Assembly (NCBI GenBank): GCA_039810425.1
Contig: JBDHWW010000062.1
Span: 1-15,928, forward strand
DNA: 15,928 nucleotides
Direction of reading: 5' to 3'
DNA from: Pseudobdellovibrionaceae bacterium
GTDB taxonomy: Bacteria > Bdellovibrionota > Bdellovibrionia > Bdellovibrionales > Bdellovibrionaceae
Shown: positions 1 to 8,421 of the stretch, piece after piece
Layout: every line of letters begins with the position of its first letter
How positions within the stretch are numbered: position 1 is the stretch's first letter
Translations under genes and position numbers: made by a program
Notes under the pieces: model-generated
The model's input: the letters and a program-made list of their open reading frames with translations, nothing else
Told to the model about the DNA's origin: nothing
The model's database searches: none

Positions 1-57
1 GGAAGGGTTTTGGGGAACTCCATGTCGCGCCTATTAAGCTTGGCACGCTAACGCCAG

Positions 58-240
58 TCAAGTGGATATGGATGTATTTTTAATACCCTGAGTGGTGAGC
101 TCGGTATTGAGTTCCTGAGGGTTTGCTGTGGTCGAACCTAAAAACAAGCGGCCTTGCCCCAGCCCCATGTCGCCCGCAAAAGAGACAGAGACCGAAACGA
201 CAACGACGAATCCCAATAAAAGCTGACTGCCCAAACCCAT
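58..240 (-). CDS. Short exported protein, probably a truncated gene fragment
   Basis: 60-aa ORF with AAGGA upstream of the ATG and a hydrophobic signal-peptide-like N-terminus ending VSFA. Only ~38 mature residues follow, and neither alternative frame continues it. Confidence 0.45.
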   Translation of the reverse strand: MGLGSQLLLGFVVVVSVSVSFAGDMGLGQGRLFLGSTTANPQELNTELTTQGIKNTSIST

Positions 241-319
241 CGCCCATCCTTTTGTGTAATGTCTCTTCAGCTTAGTGGATCGTAGGGGGGCTCACAAGAT
301 GGGCTCTTGAAATTCCGAC

Positions 320-1342
320 TTAAAACCGGGTCGCTTGCATTTTTCTTTTACGGTAATCCATCACGACAGAGACCAAAATAGAGCTTCCAATCAAGAAGCC
401 AATAATTCCCAGCGACCAACTGATCGGAAATTTTCCATCGAACAGGTGGTTCAGGCAAACCATCTTCAGACCCACGAACAGGAGAACAGAAGCTAAACCG
501 TATTTAATGTAGACAAAGCGGTCCATCACCCCAGCCAACATAAAGTACATCGAACGCAAACCAAGGATCGCAAAGATGTTTGAAGTGAATACAATCAAAG
601 GCTCTTTCGTGATCGCAAAGATCGCCGGCACGGAGTCCACGGCAAAAATGATGTCACTGAGTTCTAAGAAAACCAGAGCTAAAAACAGCGGCGTCACGAA
701 ACGCAAATTTTCTTTTTTTATGAAAAAATGGGGTCCTTCGATCTTCGGATGAATTCGTAAGATTTTTTGCAAACCGCGAATAATAATATTCTTGCCCAGA
801 TCCTTTTCTTCGGTGCCGGCAAAGTACATCTTAATCCCGGTCAGGATCAAGAAACCACCGAAGAACATAACGACCCACTCATATTCCATCAGCACCGAGC
901 CAAGGGCGATAAAAAATGCACGGAATAGGAGGGCGCCAAGAATGCCCCAGAAGAGGACTCGGTGCTGATAGATTTTAGGAATACCGAAATAAGCAAAAAC
1001 GACGGCAAAAACGAAGATATTGTCGATCGCAAGGGATTTCTCGACCACAAAGCCCGTCAAAAATTCTAACGCGGAGTTTTTCGCCTGCAATCCCGGATCA
1101 AACCCGGGAATCTCTAAAAACCGTGGATCGGTTGAAAACTTATAGAGCGCGAAATGATAAAACAAGTAGCTAAAAACAAAAGCCAGGCTGATCCAGATCG
1201 TCGTCCAGATCGAGGATTCTTTAAAACTCACCTCGTGAGCCTGCTTATGGAAAACTCCTAAGTCTAATGCCAGAACGGCTAAGACGAAAACGACAAAGCC
1301 CGCATAAAAATACCAGTATTCAGCAAATGGAAAGAGTAACAT
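320..1342 (-). CDS. TerC/Alx family metal (Mn) homeostasis membrane protein
   Basis: TerC motifs EKSLAIDNIFVF, QHRVLFWGILGALLFR, ELSDIIFAVDSVPAIFAIT and TSNIFAILGLRSMYF; SD AAGGAG at 1350-1355 on the minus strand. Confidence 0.95.
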   Translation of the reverse strand: MLLFPFAEYWYFYAGFVVFVLAVLALDLGVFHKQAHEVSFKESSIWTTIWISLAFVFSYLFYHFALYKFSTDPRFLEIPGFDPGLQAKNSALEFLTGFVVEKSLAIDNIFVFAVVFAYFGIPKIYQHRVLFWGILGALLFRAFFIALGSVLMEYEWVVMFFGGFLILTGIKMYFAGTEEKDLGKNIIIRGLQKILRIHPKIEGPHFFIKKENLRFVTPLFLALVFLELSDIIFAVDSVPAIFAITKEPLIVFTSNIFAILGLRSMYFMLAGVMDRFVYIKYGLASVLLFVGLKMVCLNHLFDGKFPISWSLGIIGFLIGSSILVSVVMDYRKRKMQATRF

Positions 1343-1405
1343 TGCAAAGCTCCTTGCTTCCCCTTCTTTATCGCCGTATTTTTAATATTGCTCAAATCGA
1401 TAAAA

Positions 1406-1433
1406 ATACTGATCAGTATCGCTTTATTAGATA
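1406..1433. promoter_or_regulatory. Putative LysR-type operator in the divergent terC/lysR intergenic region
   Basis: Perfect 14-bp palindrome ATACTGATCAGTAT (1406-1419) overlaps TATC-N9-GATA (1417-1433), which contains the LTTR T-N11-A core. Confidence 0.5.
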
Positions 1434-1466
1434 CAAGATAACTGACAGACTTCTGAGAGGTTTTTT

Positions 1467-2351
1467 ATGGCTCCGTGGATTAACTATCATCATCTCTTCT
1501 ACTTTATGACGATTGCCGAAGAAGGCTCCGTCTCAAAGGCCGCTGAAAAACTGCGCGTGGGCCAACCCACCCTATCGGCGCAACTTAAACAATTTGAAGA
1601 TACTTTAGGCGTACAACTCTTTGAGCGGCAGCATAAAAAACTCATTTTAAGCGAACAAGGGAAAGTGGCGCTCGACTATTCCAAAAACATTTTTCGAATG
1701 GGTTCTGAGATGTACGAGGTTTTGCATGATCAGCTAAAACCACTCAAGCCTTCCCTTCATTTGGGCGCCATCGATAGCGTACCAAAGCAAATCGTTTTAC
1801 AGCTGGTTCAAGAGGCTTTTCAGATTTCGCCGTGCCAGATTACTTTGTCTGAAGGAAAGTCCGATGAGCTTTTGCGAGAACTGACTTCGCACCGAATGGA
1901 TTTAATGGTCACGAACTTCATGCCGACGGGAGTTGATGCGAAGGGGCTGTATCCCCGCTCGATTCTCAAAAAGAACGTGGCTTTTTACGGCGCACCGAAA
2001 TTTAAATCCCTCAAAAAGAACTTTCCAAAGTCTCTTTCGGGTGAACCACTGATCCTTCCGACTTACGACAGCAAACTTCGCCAGGATCTGGATCACTGGG
2101 CAAAACTGCACAATGTGGATTTGAACATTATTATCGAAAGCCAGGATGTTTCCGTGAAAGAGCTAATGGCCATGAATGAGATGGGCTTAATGCCGGCAGC
2201 CCCTCACACCGTCGCGGAGCAAGTTGCCCGGGGCGAGTTGGTGGAAATCGGTAAGCTTCAGGGAGTTTATGAGGAGTTCTTCTTGGTTTCAGCTCAGCGC
2301 CGGATTGAGAACCCGATCGCTTCGAAGCTGAAAAACTCTTTCGTGGTTTAA
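1467..2351 (+). CDS. LysR family transcriptional regulator, NhaR-like
   Basis: N-terminal INYHHLFYFMTIAEEGSVSKAAEKLRVGQPTLSAQLKQFE HTH typical of the NhaR subgroup; 294 aa; GAGG upstream; divergent from terC. Confidence 0.93.
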   Translation: MAPWINYHHLFYFMTIAEEGSVSKAAEKLRVGQPTLSAQLKQFEDTLGVQLFERQHKKLILSEQGKVALDYSKNIFRMGSEMYEVLHDQLKPLKPSLHLGAIDSVPKQIVLQLVQEAFQISPCQITLSEGKSDELLRELTSHRMDLMVTNFMPTGVDAKGLYPRSILKKNVAFYGAPKFKSLKKNFPKSLSGEPLILPTYDSKLRQDLDHWAKLHNVDLNIIIESQDVSVKELMAMNEMGLMPAAPHTVAEQVARGELVEIGKLQGVYEEFFLVSAQRRIENPIASKLKNSFVV

Positions 2352-2438
2352 CCTAGACCTGATATTTTTTGATTCATATTCCCCGTGGGACCAAGTAAAT
2401 TCGAAGAAGCCCAACACCCTTCTTGAAATGGTTCCCCT

Positions 2439-2560
2439 ATGAAAAAAATAATGCGCTTCTGATTCTGACTCTCGGCATTTTCAATGCGCTGACCCCCTTT
2501 TCGATCGATATGGCCCAAGCAGTGACTCTGGTCGCTGTCGATGTTTTTCGATTTTTCTAA
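2439..2560 (+). pseudogene. N-terminal remnant of a Bcr/CflA (DHA1) MFS drug-efflux transporter
   Basis: Hand translation of 2447-2560 gives NNALLILTLGIFNALTPFSIDMAQAVTLVAVDVFRFF*. This matches the Bcr/CflA TM1 motif (LG.L.A..P.SIDMYLP) up to DM and then diverges. ATG 2439 is out of frame across an A7 run; an in-frame TTG lies at 2423. Confidence 0.6.
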
Positions 2561-2957
2561 AAATAGCGGCAATAAAGATATCTGCACGGGTCTTGAGGAC
2601 CTCAACTCAACACTGTCTGGCGGGAATTCACCGATTACGGGTGAACCGATCTCTCCGTCACCGACTCAAGGGACGGTTTTGTGGATCACAGATTGTATCG
2701 AGAATTACTTCACGAGACCTTCTGTGATCACCGGCGACGTCGTTCGCGGTCAGAGCAGGATTTCTTTGTTGAGTACCGTCAAGACGAGATTCTGCCGATG
2801 GGCTGTAACCCTGCAATCATTTCAGAGAGCCTCGGCCAGGCACCGCTTTTAACGCCGATCCTTGTATAAAAGCTTCTAGCGCAAAGCCCCGCATCGGGAT
2901 TGATTGATGACGGGGCCCGTCGTTGCTAAGATGGGTCTCACTTATAAGGAGACTCTT

Positions 2958-3179
2958 ATGGTTTTGCTAAAGGTCTTCAACTCCCGTCAGGAAGCTGAAC
3001 TCGTTAAATCCCTTCTCGAATCCGAAAACATCTGGGCGTTCGTCGCTGCTGATGATCAAGCAGGACTTCTACCTGCGACGGCTCTTACTTTGGGCGTGAA
3101 GCTCATGGTGCAGCCTGAAGATTTCGAGAAAGCTCAAAAACTCATTATTCCAGTGAATGACACTACGGAGGCCAAATGA
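2958..3179 (+). CDS. DUF2007 domain putative signal-transducing protein (73 aa)
   Basis: EAELVKSLLESENI and GVKLMVQPEDFEKAQKLI motifs. SD AAGGAG precedes ATG 2958, which is preferred over the track start at 2904. Confidence 0.85.
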   Translation: MVLLKVFNSRQEAELVKSLLESENIWAFVAADDQAGLLPATALTLGVKLMVQPEDFEKAQKLIIPVNDTTEAK

Positions 3180-3304
3180 GATTCCTAGCAGCCTGGGCCG
3201 GCAACCCGTCAGAATATTGGCCACAAATTCTCGTTTTGATTCTTGTCATCGCTGTCGCTGTTCCTTTAGTTAAGAAAATCGCGGCTAAGAAAAAATCCTC
3301 TTGA
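3176..3304 (+). CDS. Small single-pass membrane protein (42 aa)
   Basis: MRFLAAWAGNPSEYWPQILVLILVIAVAVPLVKKIAAKKKSS*. ATGA overlap with the DUF2007 stop, GGAGG at 3167-3171, hydrophobic helix followed by a Lys-rich tail. Confidence 0.65.
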   Translation: MRFLAAWAGNPSEYWPQILVLILVIAVAVPLVKKIAAKKKSS

Positions 3305-3331
3305 GTCTCACACTGTGTGAGGGCCGATCCT
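3301..3331 (+). promoter_or_regulatory. MerR-type promoter/operator
   Basis: -35 TTGAGT (3301-3306), a 19-bp spacer holding the perfect dyad CTCACAC-T-GTGTGAG (3307-3321), and a weak -10 GATCCT (3326-3331), directly upstream of the MerR gene. Confidence 0.7.
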
Positions 3332-3347
3332 AAGGACAGGAGGACTT

Positions 3348-4014
3348 ATGTACATTGGACAGATTTCAGAACTGAGCGGCTATAGTCAGCGCATGATTCG
3401 TTACCTTGAGGATCAGGGACTTGTGGTTCCTGATCGCTCCGATTCCAACTTGCGGCGTTTTTCCGACCAGGATCTCACACGCATCCTTAAAATTAAAAAA
3501 CTCAAAGAGCTCGGCTTCACCTATCCCGAGATCAAAGACCTCATCGACAAGGACGAGCATGTTCTTGCCGGAAAAAGCGACGACTCTTTCAACTCCCCCA
3601 CGCACGGCTTACCGAATCCGCAAACTTGAACTGGTTGCAGAGCACTTGCAAACTCACCTCGATGGCGCGGTCTCTGATGTGACTATTTGGAAGTTTATCG
3701 AATTCTTGAGAATGGAGTTCTTACCGTCGGAACAGAAAATCGATGTGTTTGAAATCTTCCGCGGCTCCAGCCAGATGGTTGTGCTCTCGGGCCTTAAAAC
3801 TTTGCCTGCTTACGAAAAGGCCTGGCAAGAAACGGCTCTCCCGTTTCACTCAAATTCCCTTGGGAGCTTTCCCGTCGCTGAGCTCAGCGAGTTTTTTGGG
3901 AACTATGAAATTATTCTCGAGCAAAAGATTTTCTCCGCGGACAATCAGCTCCTCTTCCATGCCCTGCTCCCATATCAGGCGATCTACATCGCATCTGGAG
4001 AAAGTCTCGCATAA
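3348..4014 (+). pseudogene. MerR family transcriptional regulator split by a frameshift
   Basis: ORF 3348-3629 holds the MerR HTH (YIGQISELSGYSQRMIRYLEDQGLV...ELGFTYPEIKDL) with SD AGGAGG. A protein-like C-terminal part continues in the +1 frame to 4014. Removing one A from GGAAAAAG (3570-3577) gives a single 221-aa ORF. Confidence 0.7.
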
Positions 4015-4053
4015 TTAGCGGCGTCATCCCGGCCGCACTGACACCGGTTTTTG

Positions 4054-4069
4054 CGGCACGGATCTTGTA
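4054..4069 (+). promoter_or_regulatory. Possible sigma54 (-24/-12) promoter upstream of the subtilase
   Basis: CGGCACG-GATC-TTGTA versus consensus TGGCACG-N4-TTGCW; correct spacing with two mismatches, one at the conserved -12 C. Confidence 0.25.
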
Positions 4070-4146
4070 ATACCCTCGATATCCGACAACCGGGCTTGCA
4101 ATCCGGTGTCGATATGATACTTGCTTCAGCAGTTCTGAGGGGGACC

Positions 4147-7100
4147 ATGAAAAATCAGCTTTCTTTGATCGTGCTTTCTTCTTTGCTTTTCACAGCCTGC
4201 ACAGGTTCCAAAGCTCCACAAAATCAATTCGAAAATCACGGATTCATGGATGGCATTTACAGCACGCGTCCCCAGACATCCCACCCGGTGATCGCCATCA
4301 TTAAACTTAAAAACCCGGCTCTGCTTGAAACCGCGACCCGCGATAACGGCGTCCTTAAGATTGATCAGGATCTTTTGACGGCGATCCAAAATGAACAAAC
4401 CTCAACGATTGCTGCGCTCCAAAAAATCAGCCCCGACATCCGCATCCTTTTGCGCTACCGTTTGGTGCTGAACGCCCTGACAATCTATGCCCCCCAAGAG
4501 GTGCTTGAAAAAATCCAGGCTTTGCCGAACGTGATCACAGCAGAACGCTCTGCAAACTTTGCCCGTCCTCGTCCTTTAGATACGGATAAAAAAGCCGGCC
4601 TCGTGGGCGCTCACACGTCTGTGAACTTCATCGGTGCCGATGCGGCGTACGCTGAAGGCTTTCATGGCGAAGGCATGCGCGTCGGTATCATTGACACGGG
4701 TGTTGACTACACTCACAAGATGTTTAGCGGCGAAGGCACGGAAGAGGCCTACAAAGCCAACAATCCCGCTCAAGCCAATGCCGCTTTCCCAAATAAAAAA
4801 GTCGTGGGGGGTTTGGATCTGGTGGGGACTGGGTTTGACTCAGCTTCTCCGAACTTCGACAAACACATCCCGGCTCCTGATGTGAATCCCCTGGATGAAG
4901 CAGGTCACGGGACGCACGTTGCCGGCACGGTGGCGGGCCTTGGCGATGGCGTCAACACTTATAGCGGTATCGCGCCAGAAGCCTCTCTTTATGCCATTAA
5001 GGTCTTCGGCGCGAGTGGCTCAACAAGTGACGAAGTTGTGATCGCAGCCCTTGAGTACGCGGCAGATCCAACGGGCGACTTGGGCTTCAAAGAGCAGCTT
5101 GATGTCGTGAATCTTTCGCTGGGGAGCGGCTACGGCTCGGCTCACAATATGTATAACCAAGCAATTAAAAATCTTTCCCGCGGCGGCACAGTCGTTGTCG
5201 CTTCTGCCGGCAACTCAGGCGACAAACCATACATCACGGGTGCGCCTGCGGTGAGCGATGAGGCGATCTCGGTTGCTTCCAGCGTTGATAATCAAGACCA
5301 AAATATCTTCTTCCCGACAGTTCAGTTTGCGACATCTGATGAAACTATCACGACAGAAATGATGGAGGCGACCATTTCCAAGCCTCTTGCGGATATCACG
5401 GATGCCAAAGGCGAAATCGTTTTCGCGGGACTTGGCGATGCGAACTTCGAACAACCGCTCAAAGACCAACTCAAAGGCAAAGTGGCTTTGATGGACCGTG
5501 GTGGCGCCACCTTCTCTGAAAAAATCCGCCGCGCCCAGGAAGCCGGGGCGATCGCCGCCGTTGTGGCCAACAATGTGGATGGCGCCCCGTTCACGATGGG
5601 GGGCGAGGGTCATTACGATATTCCAGCAGTGATGGTCTCTAAAGACGCCGGGGCCAAAATTAAAGCCAAGCTTGCGTTGGGGGCCGTGATTGCGGACCTC
5701 AAGACAACGGTTAAATTGGATAAGCCTTGGTTGATCGATACGATTTCTGACTTCTCTTCCCGTGGCCCACGTTCTGAAGATGGCTTGATCAAGCCTGAAA
5801 TCTCCGCTCCAGGTTCTAACATCATCTCTGCTGAAGTTGGGGGTGGCGCAAAGGGCGTATTGATGTCTGGCACTTCGATGGCAGGCCCTCACATCACGGG
5901 CGTGATGACTCTTTTGAAGCAGAAATTCAAAACTTTAAACTCTCAAGAGCTCAAGTCTGTTGTTATGAGCCATGCGAAAGTGATTACTGATGACAAAAAG
6001 AACATCTATGCGGTGGCTCGTCAGGGAGCTGGCCGCGTGCAGATCGCGAACTCTTTGAGTGCCAAAATCGTGACAGTCCCGGCAGCTTTATCTTTCGGCA
6101 TTACCGACGTTGAGAAGCAAAAAACTCTCAGCCAAAAGATCACGGTTAAAAACTTGAGCGCTGAAACTGTGAACCTAAAGGCTGAATGGAGCGGCTCGGG
6201 GGCTTTGCAGTTCTCGGTCCCAAGTGTCAGTCTTGCTGCGGGCGAAACGAAGACAATTACAATCTCTGTCAAAGTTTCAGCGGCCCAAATGACGGCGGTA
6301 AACCAGGAGCTCGATGGCTTCTTAAAGCTTTCCACCGACAAAGAAACTCTGGCCCAATTGCCGGCTTTGGTGGTGGCTCGTCAAATTTCAAATATCAGCG
6401 CTTCGTCTTTGAAAGTGCATGCAACATCGGCCGCCGATGCTGCCGGCAGCGACGCGGATGTCGTTTTGCAGAACATGTCTGCAAACAAGGGCTCTGCATA
6501 CCTCTTTAATTCTTTGGGTGTTGATGGCCGCAAAAAAGATGCAAAGCCGGATTTGGCTCACAACCGTAACTGTGACTTGCAGTCTGCCGGTTACCGCATC
6601 GTTGAAAAAGACGGTGCGCGGATCTTGCAAGTGGCCGTGAAGCTCTATGAGCGCCTGACGACTTGGAATAGCTGTGAACTGAACGTGCAAATCGATTCTA
6701 ACGGCGACAACCAGCCGGATCAAGAAATCGCCGGGGTTCCAATGGAAAGCCTTCCTGGTTTGACGGGTGATGCCTTCGTGAGCCTTTTGCTCGATGGCAA
6801 CAAGGCCCGTGATTTGCGCCATCGGTACGAAGCCGATCTTGCCGCGAATAAAAAAGACGCCCAAGAAAACTACAAAACAGCTCTGGTTAATCTGCGTGAC
6901 ATGCAGGTATTTGACGGATCCACCCTTGCGATTGTGGAAGCAGATGTTTCCGCCCTGGCGATTGCCGACTCTGGTGAGTTGAATATTAAAATCTCGACCA
7001 CTCACCAGTCCGACAACGCGGTCGAATACGACGACTACCTCGGAAAACAAGATACGGAGTGGAAAAAGGTCTCTTTAGGTGCCCAGGCGGCAGGGTATGT

Positions 7101-7272
7101 GAATCTTCCTGAAGTGGTGGAACTCGGGGCTCAAGAAATTCAGACCGTAGGCATGCAAAAAGGTTACGGCACTGAAGACCTGATCATCTATGCTCCTCAG
7201 AACCGTTCTGTGGTGGATGTTTTGCTGGAGGACTCGCAATCTCAAGTGATGGCTCCGACCTACGGTGAATAA
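4147..7272 (+). CDS. S8 family (Vpr-like subtilisin) serine protease lipoprotein with propeptide, PA domain and long C-terminal extension
   Basis: Catalytic triad motifs IIDTG, HGTHVAG and GTSMAGP; oxyanion motif SAGNSG; PA motif ALMDRGGATFSEKIRRAQEAGA; lipobox LFTAC at residue 18 from ATG 4147, which follows GAGGGGG. Confidence 0.95.
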   Translation: MKNQLSLIVLSSLLFTACTGSKAPQNQFENHGFMDGIYSTRPQTSHPVIAIIKLKNPALLETATRDNGVLKIDQDLLTAIQNEQTSTIAALQKISPDIRILLRYRLVLNALTIYAPQEVLEKIQALPNVITAERSANFARPRPLDTDKKAGLVGAHTSVNFIGADAAYAEGFHGEGMRVGIIDTGVDYTHKMFSGEGTEEAYKANNPAQANAAFPNKKVVGGLDLVGTGFDSASPNFDKHIPAPDVNPLDEAGHGTHVAGTVAGLGDGVNTYSGIAPEASLYAIKVFGASGSTSDEVVIAALEYAADPTGDLGFKEQLDVVNLSLGSGYGSAHNMYNQAIKNLSRGGTVVVASAGNSGDKPYITGAPAVSDEAISVASSVDNQDQNIFFPTVQFATSDETITTEMMEATISKPLADITDAKGEIVFAGLGDANFEQPLKDQLKGKVALMDRGGATFSEKIRRAQEAGAIAAVVANNVDGAPFTMGGEGHYDIPAVMVSKDAGAKIKAKLALGAVIADLKTTVKLDKPWLIDTISDFSSRGPRSEDGLIKPEISAPGSNIISAEVGGGAKGVLMSGTSMAGPHITGVMTLLKQKFKTLNSQELKSVVMSHAKVITDDKKNIYAVARQGAGRVQIANSLSAKIVTVPAALSFGITDVEKQKTLSQKITVKNLSAETVNLKAEWSGSGALQFSVPSVSLAAGETKTITISVKVSAAQMTAVNQELDGFLKLSTDKETLAQLPALVVARQISNISASSLKVHATSAADAAGSDADVVLQNMSANKGSAYLFNSLGVDGRKKDAKPDLAHNRNCDLQSAGYRIVEKDGARILQVAVKLYERLTTWNSCELNVQIDSNGDNQPDQEIAGVPMESLPGLTGDAFVSLLLDGNKARDLRHRYEADLAANKKDAQENYKTALVNLRDMQVFDGSTLAIVEADVSALAIADSGELNIKISTTHQSDNAVEYDDYLGKQDTEWKKVSLGAQAAGYVNLPEVVELGAQEIQTVGMQKGYGTEDLIIYAPQNRSVVDVLLEDSQSQVMAPTYGE

Positions 7273-7359
7273 TGCAGGCTCCGGCTCTATATTCGTTCTC
7301 CGGGCTGGAGTGCCGATGAGTATTTGACGATCCGTGTTTGATTCGATACTCCGTTAGGT

Positions 7360-8421
7360 ATGAACATTCAAAGAACTTTGACCACCTCTCCGAAGCCCCT
7401 TCCGCCTTCTGATAAATTAGGTTTTGGTAACTTTTTTACCGACCACATGTTTGTCGCGAAGTATCATAAAGGTAGAGGCTGGTATGATGCGCGCATCACT
7501 CCGTACGGTCCGATCAGTATCGACCCGGGAGCCTCCGTATTCCATTACGGCCAGGCTCTTTTTGAGGGCATGAAAGCGTTCCGTCAAAACGACGGCCGCA
7601 TTGTCTTTTTCCGCCCCGAGTTCAACCATACCCGCTTAACTGAAGGCGCCGCCCGGATGTGCCTCGAAGCACCACCCAAAGAGCTTTTCATGGAAGGCAT
7701 GAAAGAACTGGTGAAAGTCGATCAGCGTTGGATCCCGAGTGAACCCAATACATCTCTTTACATCCGCCCGACTCTGATCGGTACGGAAGCGTTTTTGGGA
7801 GTTCGCCCTTCACTTGAAACGACGTTCTTTATTTTGTTGTCGCCAGTGGGTTCGTATTACAGCGAAGGCACAAAGCCGATCAAAATATGGACTGAAGAAA
7901 AATACTTGCGGGCGGCTCCCGGAGGCCTCGGCCACGTAAAAGCCGGTGCAAACTATGCTTCAAGCTTAAAGGCCGCTTATGAGAGCAAACAAAAAGGTTA
8001 TGCTCAAGTTTTGTGGCTTGATGTTGAGCGCCAAGGGATTGAAGAAGTCGGCACAATGAACGTGTTCTTTGTTTTTGACAACGAGATCGTGACACCGGCT
8101 TTGAACGGCAGCATTTTGTCTGGTGGAACTCGCGATGCGATCATTCAAGTTTTAAAGTCTAAGAACTTACCAATCGTAGAGCGCAAGCTCACCATCACAG
8201 AGGTGATTGAAAAACTTCAGGCTGGCAAATTGCGCGAAGCTTTCGGCACCGGAACAGCGGCCGTGATTTCACCAATCGGCGCTCTTGCTTATAAAGGCCA
8301 AGAGTTCGTTATCAATGGGAGCGAAAACGGTCCTCTCAGCAACGACCTCTATAAAGAAATCACGGAAATCCAGCGCGGCGTGCAGCCTGACAAGTTTCAC
8401 TGGATCACCCCGCTGGCGTAA
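7360..8421 (+). CDS. ilvE: Branched-chain amino acid aminotransferase
   Basis: FHYGQALFEGMKAF, LYIRP, PLP-lysine motif KAGANYA, EEVGTMNVF and FGTGTAAVISP motifs. Confidence 0.96.
   Translation: MNIQRTLTTSPKPLPPSDKLGFGNFFTDHMFVAKYHKGRGWYDARITPYGPISIDPGASVFHYGQALFEGMKAFRQNDGRIVFFRPEFNHTRLTEGAARMCLEAPPKELFMEGMKELVKVDQRWIPSEPNTSLYIRPTLIGTEAFLGVRPSLETTFFILLSPVGSYYSEGTKPIKIWTEEKYLRAAPGGLGHVKAGANYASSLKAAYESKQKGYAQVLWLDVERQGIEEVGTMNVFFVFDNEIVTPALNGSILSGGTRDAIIQVLKSKNLPIVERKLTITEVIEKLQAGKLREAFGTGTAAVISPIGALAYKGQEFVINGSENGPLSNDLYKEITEIQRGVQPDKFHWITPLA

Noticed and set aside
1..23. Possible start of a minus-strand gene (MEFPKTL...) running off the window
   Set aside because: Only 7 full codons visible and a weak RBS; cannot be supported.
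2878..2920. GCGCAAAGCCCCG...CGGGGC hairpin resembling the 3' half of a c-di-GMP-I riboswitch
   Set aside because: The upstream GGCAAA/GNRA P2 stem is missing; only a simple hairpin (2886-2916) is supported.
4079..4114. Imperfect inverted repeat upstream of the subtilase
   Set aside because: No U-tract and no recognisable operator or riboswitch; function cannot be assigned.
4051..4146. N-terminal extension of the subtilase in the ORF track
   Set aside because: The SD and lipoprotein signal fit ATG 4147.
5215..7050. Long antisense ORFs (225 and 220 aa) inside the subtilase
   Set aside because: Shadow frames of a codon-biased gene with no recognisable motifs.
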